Assembly (NCBI GenBank): GCA_964016885.1
Contig: OZ024742.1
Location: forward strand, 74,524,001 to 74,588,000
DNA: 64,000 bases
Direction of reading: 5' to 3'
Origin: Eledone cirrhosa
Lineage: Eukaryota
Of this stretch, positions 34,998-48,799 are shown one piece after another; the stretch's first letter is position 1, and each line of letters begins with the position of its first letter. Under the pieces are notes generated by a model, which saw nothing but the letters and a program-made list of their open reading frames with translations, was not told where the DNA came from and ran no database searches. A program made the position numbers and the translations under genes.

Positions 34998-37537
34998 TAA
35001 CAAAGAAGCCTTAATACATTTAAAATTATTTAATTGCTGACAATGTTTCGTCCCATTAATTAGGACTCATTAGAGCAAGGAAAAAGACTAGAAATATCAT
35101 CAGCTAGAACAAGCCAAAATTCAGAAGAATAGTGAATGGATATTAAGTAAAATTCAGGAAAATTAACATGGAAAGACATGTTAAACCTAATGGGGTGCAT
35201 TTGTAGATAAAGACTATAGGGCAAGAGAGCAAGCAAACATCATCAGTTCACATCTTGCTAGCACTAATAATAAGAAAATTAGGGACAGCTACTGCTCTTT
35301 AATTACTACTAATTTAGATAGTTCTATTGATAATGTACCACCCGAGCAGGACTTGTTGTATAATAACCCTAGGAATAATACTTCGCGTAATGAGCTAATC
35401 AATAATACCCGTAAGTGTAATTGTAGAAGAAGTAATAGCTGCCCTTTAAATGGTTACTGCCTCTCTAGAAATATTGTCTATGTATGCGATGTTAGGACTA
35501 ATTCTTCTTGTAAAACATATATAGGCTCCACATCTAATACATTTAAAACGAGATTTAATTCGCATGTATCTAACTTTAAACATATCAAATTTAAAAACTC
35601 AACTTCTCTGGCGCATATTTGGGATTTAAAAGGGACTGGTATACCGTACAGTCTCCATTGGCGTATTGTAGCCCATTCTAACCGCTATTCCACCCATGCT
35701 AAATTCTTTGCACTCTAGAGACCCATAGTATAATTTTCTCTAAGAATGTATTGCTTAATAGAAAATCGGAAATCTTTTCTCCCTGTCCACATGCTATCTC
35801 TAATTCCTTCTTCTATTATAAACCTAAAAGCTCAGGTTGTTGAATTTTTTGGAATCACACCTTCCTACTCTGGTTTGGACGTCTTATCTAGATATCTTTT
35901 ATATTTTATATTTTTTATTTTTATTATTATTCTTCTTCTTATTATTATTAGTTTTCTACGGTTTATTGATTTTAGTTTTCTAGTTCTTTTAGCTGTTTTA
36001 GCCTATTTAACACCTTGTCCATTATTATATTTTTACTCATCCTTTGTCGACTTATATATTTCCATCTTTATATACATCCTTGGTTGGAGTGTATCTTATT
36101 GCCTCCTTGAATAGCTAATAGTTTTATTTTAGTCTTCTACATCTACGGTTAATGAACCTTATTCTTTCTACACTTAATCTTCGCCTTATTGAATATATAT
36201 ATATATTATACTTTCATGTTCCTTCTTGTCCTTCATAGTTTTACTTCTTTCTGTTCCCCTTTGTCTATCATAGTTTTAATTGTAATTTTTACTTTGGATA
36301 ACGTCAGTCGTCGCAACGGAAATCAATATATCTTCGATGATTGTATTAGCTTATTTATTGAAATATCTTAATCTCTATCGGCATTGGTGACTTAAATTTT
36401 GTTCCATATGGAGTGCCCCATAATGTTTATTCAACTATTATACGATTAATTAAATTAATAAGGGTTTCAATTCAATTTTTTGATTTTGAATAGTTGTATC
36501 TTTTATTTTCACCTAACAGCCTGTTGCGCCTACGCGATTTTGTGTTTGTGTTTGTTTTTTGTTTTCGTTTTTTTGTTTTCGTTTTGTTTTGCTATCATTG
36601 CTTTGCTTCTGTCTGTCGTTCCTATCTTTTGTCACTTATGTCCATGAATATATTGTGTAAATATGTTTTTAAAACTTTCTCCCTTGCTATTGTGTGTCTG
36701 GTATTGAAATATTAATATGTAATATTATATGTATTTGAATTATATGTATGTGTCTGGTATTGAAATATTGATATGTAATATTATATGTTTTTGAATTGCC
36801 TATATCTCCGTATATTTATTGTCTTTATATATATATATATATTATTTTTTTTTCACCATATTTTATTGTATTGTATGGTATAATTATTATTTTTTTTACC
36901 CTGTGGAATACATTATGTTTTTATACACGTTTTGTTGAATGTGTATGGTACGTAGGATGTATTTATATATTTTTTTAATGTCAATATATTATTTTCATTG
37001 ATTTTAGTATTGTTTAATCACACCGTCTGGGTGATTATTCTATTATAATGCTTATATTTATATATTTGTGTTAATATACGTATGTGTAAATGTGTATATG
37101 CGTGTGTATATATATGTGTCCGAGTGCGTGTAGATATATATATATATATATTACATTTTTATTTCTGTATTATGTATTGTATTGTATTAAATATTATATT
37201 ATAATTTTTATATCTTATTTCTCGCACTATATTACTATGTTGTATTTCAAGTATTAGACTTATATTGTACTTTTAACGTGGGTTTGTTTAATGTTTGCTT
37301 GCTCTCTTGCCCTATAGTCTTTATCTACAAATGCACCCCATTAGGTTTAACATGTTTTTCCATGTTAATTTTTCTAAATTTTACTTTATATCCATTCACT
37401 ATTCTTCTGAATTTTGGCTTGTTCTAGCCGATGATATTCTAGTCTTTTTCCTTGCTCTAATGAGTCCTAATTAATGGGACGAAACATTGTCAGCAATTAA
37501 AGAATTTTAAATGTATTAAGGCTTCTTTGTTAATTTT
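34994..37537 (+). mobile_element. 5'-truncated Penelope-like element: inverted pseudo-LTR, GIY-YIG endonuclease remnant, long AT-rich 3' region, pseudo-LTR
   Basis: 34994-35240 is the reverse complement of 37291-37537. ORF 35353-35718 has CNCR...CPL.G.CL..NIVY...TYIGST..FK.RF..H. A hammerhead lies in both arms. Confidence 0.85.
37452..37496 (+). ncRNA. Minimal type I hammerhead with a CUAAUGA core (mirror copy at 35034-35078 on -)
   Basis: ttgct-CTAATGA-gtcc-taattaatg-ggac-GAAA-cattg-TC-agcaa. Confidence 0.7.
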
Positions 37538-37642
37538 TATATGATTTTTTTCGGCTGTTTGATAGCATTGAGCTATATCTTATACTGTCATTTCTTTAAT
37601 ACGACGAGTGTGTTTAACTCTAACGCACTCAAGTATTTTTCT

Positions 37643-37730
<88 letters not shown>

Positions 37731-37824
37731 TATATATACACACAAATATGTATATATATATATATATATATCAAATATATACACATACATACATACACAA
37801 ACACACATACAAACAAACGCACGC

Positions 37825-37891
<67 letters not shown>

Positions 37892-38745
37892 TATATATAT
37901 ATGTATATATATTTATATATAATGTGCACTCACACTGATAGGCTTAATCACACCGAGGAACGTCCTAGTAGATGTATGTATAGAGTATATGGAGAGCTAT
38001 GATGCTGCAAGATGAAATGCCTGCATGTTTGATAGAATGTTGAGATGCGTACGTTCCAGATATGATGGTGGGATTTGCGGGGCTTGGTGTTTAGGGGAGT
38101 GTGTGTGTATGTGTGTGTGTGTGTGTGCGTGTGTGTGTGTGTATGTGTGTATGTGTGTGTGGTGGTGGGGCTTGGGATTGGGTAGTGGTATTTAGAAAAG
38201 GTGGTAGTAGTGGCAATGGTGGTGGTATTACTATTTAGGGATTTTACCGGTGGTTGTGGTTGTGGGGTGGTGGTATTTAGATGTGGATATTATAGAGAAA
38301 CAACGGTATTTGCAAATATAGATGGCGGTGTAGTTGTTATAGGGGGCGTTGTAGTTGTGAGAGGTGGCAGTGTAGTTGTCAAGGGTGGGGGAAGTTGATG
38401 TTTGAATTGGATTGTTAGAATAGGGGATAAGAAAAAATAAAATGAAATAAATATAAAAAAATGCGGTGAGAAAGTGTGTGAGTGTGGTAGAGGGGAAAAT
38501 ATATTACATATAGAGGTAACGACGTGGTGGCGGTGTTAGAGGTAACGACATGTGGTGGTGGGGGGCATATAAATGGTGGTTACATGAGAAGAAAAGGGGA
38601 TGAATTAATTAAAATGAAAGAAGGGATCGTGGAGAAAAAATAGTAGATTAACTGCATATGTAAATGAAATCATGAACACCACAGACGTAGAGACAGGCAG
38701 GCGCATACAAGTACACCTACACGTACACTTGGGTATTTGGGCCGG

Positions 38746-38838
<93 letters not shown>

Positions 38839-38951
38839 TCGCGCACAAACACACACATACACATATACGCACACGCACACACGCAATCATTTATTGATTT
38901 ACTCTATGTCAAAGAATCACTCCGCCATAAATCAGTTTCTTGCCAAGCCGT

Positions 38952-39010
<59 letters not shown>

Positions 39011-39012
<2 letters not shown>

Positions 39013-39123
39013 CGAAGGAAATGTGGTAAGGAACCAGGTGGACCATAACGCACCAAAGTACTCAATACTTAGGGTAGTAGAGTGGGTAATGGGAACAAGT
39101 AAGACCCCGGGGTCTTACTTGTT

Positions 39124-39127
<4 letters not shown>
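39011..39127 (-). mobile_element. Fold-back family A, copy 3
   Basis: Reverse complement of 26080-26178. Palindrome centre at 39108/39109 (gacccc|ggggtc). Confidence 0.78.
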
Positions 39128-39171
<44 letters not shown>

Positions 39172-39974
39172 AAAAAAATAATGAATAAAACAATGAAACA
39201 GTTCCTTATATTAAACAAAAAAAGTTCATTATTTAACGATCGTTTCTAGGACATATATGTGTTAGAATTGGCATGCATATTCAAAAGATCTATGTACAAA
39301 ATTATACAAAATATCAAAGAGAATATACATACCAACACATATATATGCTGTCTTCAGAAATAATGAAGTATATTTATTGATAATAACAACAATTCAAAAT
39401 TACAGGTCTGTTTGGGAACAGATTTTAAATAGACCAATGAAATACATAAAAATTCATCAAGAAAATACAGTTAGGTGTGTGTATATATGTAAGTAACTTC
39501 GTTCACAGATATGCATAAAAATGTATGTTCACATGCATACGCATGTCGAAAAAGTGTATGTAAATATAAAAATTCAGGGCTAATGTCTCTGTATGTTTAT
39601 AATCCACAGACAAAATATACATACATATACATACATATATACACACATATATACACACATACACATACATTCATACACACACATGCATATATACATAAAC
39701 ACAGACATACCCACGAACACCCACACACACATATACACACACACACATACGTATATATTATTATTATAACTATATGGATATTGAGGCGCACACATAAACA
39801 CGGCCACATACACTTACATCTAGATGCAGAATTAAAAGTAGGTAAGGGAGTAAGTAATTAAGGAGGGTGTCAGACTCAGCATATTTATAAAAATGTATCT
39901 ATAAATTTAGAAATAAAAAGAAATATAATAAAAGAAATAAACAAGTAAAACATATACTCATACATATAAATACA

Positions 39975-40022
<48 letters not shown>

Positions 40023-40508
40023 TACATATACATATATACATATACACACATATATACACATACGCACAACACACATATATACATATATGTACACACACAT
40101 ACACACATACATACACATACATATATATATATACACATATATATACATATATATATACATATATATACATATATATATACACACATATATATACACACAT
40201 ATATATACACACACACACATACATATACGTATATATACATACACACACATACCCATGTATATATACACACAACCACACACTCACACACACTCAGACATAC
40301 ATAAATATAGAGACATACATACACACACATATATATATACATATATATATACACACATATATATATATATACACATATATATACACACATATATATATAT
40401 ATATATAAAAAAATGAATAAATACACACAGTCAGACAATTATGCACATATATACACATACATACACACATCTCTACAAATACATATACATACACATACAT
40501 ACATACAC

Positions 40509-40584
<76 letters not shown>

Positions 40585-40879
40585 TCATACACACTTATTT
40601 ACATGCGCACATATGTATTTTTATACTCACATACAAACACACAAACATACATACATACTTACGTACACATACATACACCCACGCTTACAAATACGAATAA
40701 TTATAGGGGGGGGGGGAGGGGGATTAAAATTATTAGTGGGAAATAGTAAATATAGGTTTCAAGGAACATAGAATATTAATCTGCATTTAAATCATAATAT
40801 GTGTTTACATTAGGAAATGGTATTTGTAAGAAAGAAGGCTAAATTATGCATTTTAATATAAGTAGACTATTAATTATAG

Positions 40880-41920
40880 GTTAATTAAAGTAAAAATAGT
40901 TAATATATTAATATCTAAGGTGTATACTACTTAGGTTTATAATATTTAAAGCGGAATTTTGAAGTTAAACAGTAGTAGAGTAAAAATATTAACATGATGG
41001 TATCAATTTTAGGAAATGAATATTGTAATAGGGAAAGCCAAATCAAGTATTTCATCGGTAGTAGAATATTAATTATAGGTTAACTAAATTAAAAATTATA
41101 TATTAATTTCTATAGTATATGTTAATTAGGTTTATAATAATTAAAGCAAATTTTGTATTTTATCTATAGTAGAATATAATTATAGGTTAACTAAAATTAA
41201 AATTAATCTATATATTTATTTGTAAAGAATATATTAATTAGGTATATATTTAAAAGTTTTTCTCAGTTTATGATTACATGATATTCTGCAATCCATCTGT
41301 ATTAGAATTTTAATTTTAAGCTAACTAAATTAAAATTATAGGTTAACTAAATTAAAATTAATTTATAAATTAATTTCTAAATTGTACATTAATTAGGTTT
41401 ATAATATTAAAAAGTATTTCTCTGTTATTGATTACACGATATTTTGTTATATTTCATCTGTAAAGGAATTTTAATAAAAGGTTAATTAAACTAAAATTAA
41501 TCTATAAATTAATTTCCAAAGTATATATTAATTATGTTAATAATATTTAAAAGTTTTTCACAGTTTATGATTACACAATATTTTTTAATTTCATCTGTAG
41601 TAGAATTTTAATTAAATTAAAAATATAGGTTAACTACATTTAAATTAATTTATATATTAATTTCTAAAATATATATTATTAATTAGGTTTATAATATTTA
41701 AATGTTTTTCTCAGTTTATGATTACACGATATAATTAATTCTTGTCGCTTATTTAATAGGATATCCTTAGATTTCATTATTTCAAATAGTTCTTGGGAAC
41801 ACAATCTACATTCATTTCTATTATTTTGATAAGGGGTGGCTCTTTTGAGCACACTCCAGGTCATATCATATTCTATATTCTTATTTCTATAACAATTAAT
41901 TTTTTCTGCTAGAGATGTTG
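40880..41920 (-). pseudogene. Penelope GIY-YIG C-terminal remnant (41679-41920) whose end is repeated as a degenerate tandem array
   Basis: TTSLA...W.VL..A.PY.....C.LC..E...I.....LLNKR.E....C.H. The anchor taggtttataatattta and variants recur about 6 times. Confidence 0.7.
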
Positions 41921-42052
41921 TATATATATATGACCATATATATTATATATATATATATATTATATATATATATATATTATATATATATATATATATATAA
42001 ATGTGTGTGTGTGTGTGTGTGTGTGAGTGTGTGTGTGGTATATATATATATG

Positions 42053-42345
42053 TATTCGTGAGTTTTATATCGAATAATAATATTCGATCCAATTGCAAGC
42101 AAACGGCCTCATTACGCTATGTCTTTTTGACGACCATCGTCATCATTTTGTTCTCGCGGTGGCACAGTGTTTTAGTGAGTTACAGAGAAGAGAGATACTC
42201 AATCTTGACAAAGAGCAATAACCCAGAAACAATGTTGTCGATTGTTTCTCTCTGTCACCGCTAGAACAAACGAATGCATGGTCGTCTAAAAATATAATGT
42301 AACGAGGCTGTTTGCTTGCAAACAAATCGAATATTCACGAATACA
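42053..42345. mobile_element. MITE-like element with long imperfect inverted arms
   Basis: tattcgtga...gcggtggcacag pairs with ctgtcaccgc...tcacgaata. Arms about 100-115 bp, spacer about 85 bp. Confidence 0.6.
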
Positions 42346-42482
42346 TTTACGTATTCGCTAAGTTAGAGCGAAAAATCAAATTCTAATTTTGTTTATATAT
42401 ATATATATATATATATATGTTAAGTATTTCCGTGGACAAGGTAAAGGAAAGAAGAGTGCTCTATGTATAGTACAGAGCTATT

Positions 42483-42679
42483 TAATTATGTAATAAACAA
42501 TACAGTATAATTATTCCATTACCCAAGGTTTCACGAAGTTAGACGATTTTAACAGAAACGTCTGATATCGCTCATCAGAAGGAATCTGAGGGATATCAGA
42601 CGTTTCTTTTAAAATCGTCTAACTTCGTGAAACCTTGGGTAATGGAATAATCATATTGTGTTGTTTATTACATAATTAT
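42483..42679. mobile_element. Fold-back element with a hammerhead (42514-42584 on -)
   Basis: Arms of about 90 bp. The minus strand reads ttcctt-CTGATGA-gcga...tcgt-GAAA-ccttggg-TA-atggaa. Confidence 0.72.
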
Positions 42680-42690
42680 ATATATATATA

Positions 42691-42873
42691 TAGGAAAAAG
42701 TATGACCCCGACGGCAGAGCTCAAGCCGTTTCGACGGTCCAGAAATAGCCGTCGAAACGGCTTGAGCTCTGCCGTCTGGGTCATACTTTTTCCTATTTCC
42801 CACTCTACCACCCTAAGTATTGAGTACTCTTGTGCGTTATGGTCCATCTGGTTCCTTACCACAATTCCTTTGT

Positions 42874-42875
<2 letters not shown>
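42691..42875 (+). mobile_element. Fold-back family A, copy 4
   Basis: Palindrome centred near 42738. Same tail as copies 1-3. Confidence 0.78.
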
Positions 42876-42912
<37 letters not shown>

Positions 42913-42973
42913 GGAGAGAGTGAGAGAGTGAGAGAAAGAGAGAGAAAGAGATGGAGAGAGAGAGAGATAGATG

Positions 42974-43165
42974 TAAAGTCCCGACCGCGGCGCCAAGTGG
43001 TTTCGGCTTATGTGATCAGGCTTGCTGAACACACAAGCCGAAACCGCTTGAGACGTCAGTCGGGATTTTTCATTTCTCTATACCCACTCTACATCTCTCT
43101 ATGTATCGAGTACTCACATGATTACTACGTCTTCTCGGTCTCAGCACCACAGAACCCCCTCTCTC
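42974..43165 (+). mobile_element. Divergent relative of fold-back family A
   Basis: Imperfect hairpin. Shares gaaac.gcttgag...gtcggg and tacccactcta...gagtact with family A. Confidence 0.55.
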
Positions 43166-43230
43166 TATATATATATATGCAAAAAGTAAATGGAAATATA
43201 TTAATTTAATGCTTGATATAGTAGGAAAGA

Positions 43231-43268
43231 GTCTTTATGTTTCGGACACTAGTCCTTCATCAGAAGAT
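43231..43268 (-). ncRNA. Minimal hammerhead motif (Penelope-type)
   Basis: tctt-CTGATGA-a-ggac-tagt-gtcc-GAAA-ca-TA-aaga. Confidence 0.6.
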
Positions 43269-43439
43269 TGAACGAGAAATAAAAGATAAACTAGAAAGAT
43301 AGAGAGTGAAGAGGAAGGAACGGAAAATTGTTTTTGAGAAAAAGCATGTGTATATTCAGCCAATCTTTATGTATGTATGTATGTATGTATGTATGTATGT
43401 ATGTATGTATGTATGTATGTATGTATGTATGTATGTATG

Positions 43440-43812
43440 TCAAAGGCTAAGGGATCATCTCTCCCGGTGATTTTGGATGGCCATTGACTCTTAAGAGCTC
43501 CTTTGCCCTTTGACATTTGATGGTAACCAATGATGTTGACTTGTTCTTCTTTTTGGTAAATATCATCTTGGTTAAGAGAGTGGGACTAGCTTTGTGCAGT
43601 GCCTTTGCTCACTATAAAAGCTTCACGGCACAAGCATTGCTTTATATCTGGAGATCTCTCTGCACTTGTCATCACATGGTACCATGGGCCCAGCACTATG
43701 TGTCAATAATTGTCACAAGTGTAGTGTTTGTACCAGAGTTTTCAAGTCGCTGGCTGGACTAAAAAGTCACACTCGTTCAGCGCATCGGTAAGGGTTCTCC
43801 TACATGCCACCA
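43440..43812 (+). mobile_element. Family X copy 2, with its head segment (43440-43515) inverted
   Basis: Body matches 3780-4070. Head bounded by gtcaaagg/cctttgac. (TATG)n flanks. Confidence 0.72.
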
Positions 43813-43869
43813 TGTATGTATGTCTATCTAGTTATATATATATTTACACATATGTATGTGAATATATGT

Positions 43870-44152
43870 GAAGGCGCATGGCTTAGTGGTTAGAGCAGTA
43901 GGCTTGCAATCGAAAGTTTGTGAGTTCAATTCTCAGACCGGGTGATGTATTGTTTCCTTGAGGAAGGCACTTTATTTCACGTTGCTCCAGTTTACTCAGC
44001 TGAAAATGAGTACCAGCAATAGCTGGAGGTTTAACCCTGCGATGGACTGTCATCCTGTCTAGAGGGGAGTCTTGTACTCTCAGTCGCTTCACGCCATGAA
44101 ACCGGGATAAGCACCGACCAAATGAGCCTTCTGGCTCAAGACAGACTTTAGA
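43870..44152 (+). mobile_element. Full-length tRNA-headed CORE-SINE
   Basis: tggcttagtggttagagc A-box, gagttcaattc B-box, CORE-like ttgaggaaggcactttatttcac, and tail gaaaccgggataagc. Confidence 0.8.
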
Positions 44153-44164
44153 CTGTAGATGTGA

Positions 44165-44606
44165 ATATATACATACATACATGATGATGGCTGCAACTTG
44201 ATTTCGAGTAATGCTATCGCTTGATAGCGACGCCTGTGTTTGAAGCTTTTTTAAGTGAGGAAAGGCTTTGCACGGAATCAATCCCACTCTTTGAACATCG
44301 AATACATCTAGAACTGGATGCAAACGAAGTCGCAGGCTTTCATCAGAGTGACCTTCTCTTAATGAAGATTAGGGGTCTCTCACCCCCTACAAAAAAGTTA
44401 AAAGTTAAAAACTTTTTGGATGGCCGTTGACTCTCTTGAATTTCCCCGCCCTTTGACGGGTTTTGTGTTTTATCCCACATGGTGTCCAAAATCACCCTCT
44501 TCAGCAAGCAGGCTTGGTGGGTTGCTGGTTTAGTTGCCTACGACCCGATCATGTACAGGTTGTACTGGGTTACATATTACCAGTAGCGCCGAAGAGTGAC
44601 CCGGCA
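44165..44606 (-). mobile_element. Divergent family X relative with a longer 5' head
   Basis: Shares agagtcaa.ggccatcc, gagaagg..actctgat, agagtggga and the ctcgaaa...gcagcca-(TATG)n tail. Confidence 0.6.
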
Positions 44607-44617
44607 CATACATACAT

Positions 44618-46673
44618 AAGTCCCAGACATTATTGTCAGAGCCATAGAGAGGCTGTCTTCTTCTTGGGCTACTATCCTAAGGTTAAAGACAGAGAGGGAG
44701 GACTCTATTTTCACTGATAAAATAAAATATCGCAGTGGTATATTTCAGGTGAACAGCCTCTGTGTGATATTATTCATCTTGTCATTAAACCCCTTGTCCT
44801 TTCTGCCTAAGAAATGTGAGGGATACATCATTGGCTCACAGGAGGACAGAAATATGAACCTAACCCATAATTTCTTTGTGGACGATCTGAAAATCTATGC
44901 CAAGAACATGGATGGGTTGAAAAAAAATCTTGACCTGGTTACACCGTTCTCAAAGGATATAGGAATGGAGTTTGGTCAAGATAAATGCTCATACATGACT
45001 GTAAAGCGGGGAAAAACAACAACCCAATCTAGCAACATTGTCATCAATGGCCTAACTGTTTCACCGATATCTGATGAGGACTGCCTGGGGATAGGTGAGA
45101 ACATATCCTATAATGGTATCTATAATAAGGAACTCGTAACCAGGGAATACTACACCCGATTAAGAAAGATTTGGTCATCGGAACTCTCTGCGCAAGACAA
45201 AACAGTGGCTCACAATGTGTTTGCTGTGCCTATCCTAACACCAATATTTGGAATATTCAATTGGACGATAGACGAAATCCGAGCAGTTGATGTTGGAACT
45301 CGAAAAATACTAAACAACACCGGAAACTTCCACACCAACAGTGACATAGACGGCCTCTACTTGAAACGTAAGCAGGGAGGCAGAGGCCTAACATCAGTCC
45401 AGACAGCATTTGAATGTCGCATCATATCTCTCCGACAACATCTACGAACCTCGAAGCGTAGGAGCCCGTCTCTCGAGCAAGTCTATCTGCATGAAACAGA
45501 TAAGATCATGAGAGATGAGAAGGAACTCATCGAGAGATATTCCCTGTGAGATAATCAAAAACTCACACCCAGTGAAACGGCTCAGCAGTATCGCAGTGAA
45601 TCCATGGATGAAAAACTGCATGCTTATCAGCAAAAAAAATCATGCATGGATATGTTGTGAGGAAGCTCCAGAGTGAGAGTAATATAGATAAGGAAAGTAG
45701 TCTATCTTGGACCAACAACCGCTATATTGGCTCCCACTTTGAAGGATACGCTTTTGCAATCCAAGAACAGGAGATTAACACGAAATACCCGATTCACAAA
45801 AGAGATAGGGATGCAGGCAAAAATCTAGATGTGATAACAAGTGCAGATTTTGCAAAACTAACATCGAGGATATCACCCATGTCATCAGCAGCTGTCCAAA
45901 GATATCATCGCGGTACTATCTACCTATGAGGCATGATGTAGTGGCCAAAACACTGGACAATGCAGTTCGTAAAAAAGATAGCCCCGATAATAAACACATT
46001 AAAAGCTACAGCAACGTGGAAGACATCCATGTACATAATATGAAAGAGTACTGGTGGAATGTTCCAGTAAAACACCCAATAAAATGCAGGCATAACAGAC
46101 CAGATATTATGATATGGGACAAGAAAGCATGCACAGTAGTGGAAATTAGCTGCCCAGCAGATGCCAATATAATATCAAAGATTAGCGAAAAGGAGAATAT
46201 TTATGCAGAACTGATGAGAAATCTGCAGATACTCCACCCTGATTACACCTTCAGATTTACGCCTGTGATTATTGGGACACTGGGATATGTTAGTAACTGC
46301 CTCAATAGAAATCTTGAGAAGCTGGGCTTCACAGCAACAGAAAGAACACAACTAGTTAGGAAATTACAAGTCAATCCATTAATGGAACAGTAAAATATGT
46401 GAAACATTTCAAAAATTTTGCATCTAATAGATGCATATACACATGTACAGATACAAAGCATATGCATATGCACAAGATACAAAGCATATACACATGAACA
46501 CATACAACTCAAAACATAGACATCCACACATACAATAACATCCATATCTACACATGCATACATAATCTACCTAGTTGATGTTGTGTAAATTCCAATAAGA
46601 GTGTTGTATCTATGTTAGAAACCGACTCTCTCTCTATTTTGAAAAAAATTGTGAAATTATAAAACCAGAAGAA
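44618..46673 (+). mobile_element. Degraded 5'-truncated R4-clade (RLE) retrotransposon flanked by (CATA)n
   Basis: GIFQ..SL, FFVDDLK, GGRGL and HNRPDI..WD...VVEISCP...EK..IY motifs over frameshifted ORFs. catacatacata at 44607-44618 and again after 46673. Confidence 0.85.
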
Positions 46674-46734
46674 CATACATACATAGATACATACATACAT
46701 ACATACATACATACACACATACATACATACATAT

Positions 46735-47137
46735 ATGGTGGCTGCCAACTCGTTTTCGAGTACGGCCACTACTTTATATCCATGTAGGAGAAACCCTACC
46801 GATGCGCTGAACGAGTGACTTTTTAGTCCAGCCTGCGACATGAAAACTCTGGTACAAACACTACACTTGTGACAATTATTGACACATAGTGCTGGGCCCA
46901 TGGTACCATGTGACGACAGGTGCAGAGAGATCTCCAGATATAAAGCAATGCCTGTGCCATGAATTTTTTATAGTGAGCAAAGGCACTGCATACAGCCAGT
47001 CCCACTCTCTTAACCAAGATGATATTTACCAAAAAGAAGAACAAGTCAACATCATTGGATACCATCAAGGTTGCAGGTGTTATATCAGAGTTTTCCTTCT
47101 CCTAGAATTCTGCCTTGACAAAGGCTAAGGGGTCATC
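46735..47137 (-). mobile_element. Family X copy 3
   Basis: Reverse complement of 3710-4112. Encodes CSVCTRVFMSQAGLKSH. (CATA)n on both sides. Confidence 0.75.
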
Positions 47138-47221
47138 ATACATACATACATACATACATACATACATACATACATACATACATACATACATACATACATA
47201 CATACATACAAATGTGTGTGC

Positions 47222-47530
47222 ATGTAGTGAACGTCTGTCCTTTCCGTTGACGAATGTTCCAGTTGTTCGAAAAATGATAGAGCCTACTCGTGAAATTAAC
47301 TTGCATGTGGTTGAGCATTTCACAGACACGTGTACCATTAACGTAGTTCTCAGGGTGATTCAATGTGTCACTGGCCCCTTTGAATTATAGATAAAACTCA
47401 TATTTTGCCAGCTCAGTTGACTGGAGCAGCATAAATTAATGCCTTGCTCAATGATACAACCGACCATCGGGAATCGAATTCACGGCCATACGATCATGAG
47501 CCCCCGAACCCCTAACTACAAAACGACGGA
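47222..47530 (-). mobile_element. tRNA-SINE with CORE-like and Nin-like segments
   Basis: Reverse strand has an aattcgattcccg B-box-like motif, and 47222-47400 matches 1030-1230. Confidence 0.55.
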
Positions 47531-48081
47531 CAGTCACACATACACACACATGCAGACGCACAAACACAAACACACGCATACACACACACACAGACAGACA
47601 AACACACACACACACATATACAAACACTCACACAAGAGAAGTAAGAACGAGAGAAAGATACGTTTGTGTATGAAGTAAAAGACATATAAGGTAAAATAAG
47701 TAATTACGCCAGAAACCTCACCAATCTTCCAACAGAGGAATGAATAAGATAAAAGATGACATCAATCAACATTCAATGATAAAATGAATAAAGACGAGTT
47801 TGAAGTATGGGAGCTCGAACTTAGTTCAGTTTTGTGGCCATCTTCATAGAGGGCGTTGTTAAGAAAGGACTGCGTCATGGCTGAATTCCTTCATGAGTAA
47901 ATTGAAGCTTAATTGAGAAAGAGACAGAATATCGTTACATTTTCTGTTTTCGGTTGAAGAAATGGAAAGAGAGAAACAAGAACAAGAAAACCACGCAGAC
48001 AAAATAATTGCACTAGACAGACACAAACACACACTCTCACAAATGCAGCTGTCTGGTATATATATCGTTACACCAATTCTG

Positions 48082-48165
<84 letters not shown>

Positions 48166-48444
48166 CACTAATAATAAAAAGGACGAAGTGTTAGGTCTTC
48201 ATTGCGTTTATTGAACAGTGACATGCGTTTTGTGATTGATCAACTCAAGTTTCGATACAGATCGAAACTTGAGTTGATCAATCTCGTCGAACTTCTGTTA
48301 TAGTAATGACAGAATGCATAATATATATATATGTGTATATATATATATATATGTTTTTACTCTCTAAAAATCCCCCCCCCCTTTTAAAAAATGTCTTTCC
48401 ACCACTCCCTCACACACCCTCGGAACTATCTTCGTGCCTACTTT

Positions 48445-48480
48445 TCTCCTGATGAAGGGCTTATGCTCGAAACGTCGTCC
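48445..48480 (+). ncRNA. Degenerate minimal hammerhead (Penelope pseudo-LTR type)
   Basis: CTGATGA-a-gggc-ttat-gctc-GAAA-cg-TC. Stem I is poorly paired. Confidence 0.55.
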
Positions 48481-48799
48481 CTCACCCCCACTCCCAAGAG
48501 TGAAACTAATATTAACATTTGTACTGTCTCTTCGCTTCCACGTTGTTTTTTTGTTTTCTGCTTACTGTCTCAACTTTAAAATATATATGAATGTATGTAT
48601 AGTATATTTGGCAATAAACCGTATGTTTAATTAAAAACATTTAGAAGACCATACGCTATCGGTTTTAAAGTACTGACTAATTCACTTACTTCTTTCGGCG
48701 AAAGAAGGGAGAGAAGCTAACAGTCTGTTTCACGCTGGCTGGCGATCATCAGAGCTACGCAACCCCTGCTTCCGCCGAAAATTATAGAAGCTGGATTCT

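Noticed and set aside
43870-43945. tRNA-like sequence
   Set aside because: It is a SINE head with no full cloverleaf and runs straight into the CORE domain.
44330-44352. CTGATGA on the minus strand
   Set aside because: No stem II-GAAA follows. It is the family X actctgat motif.
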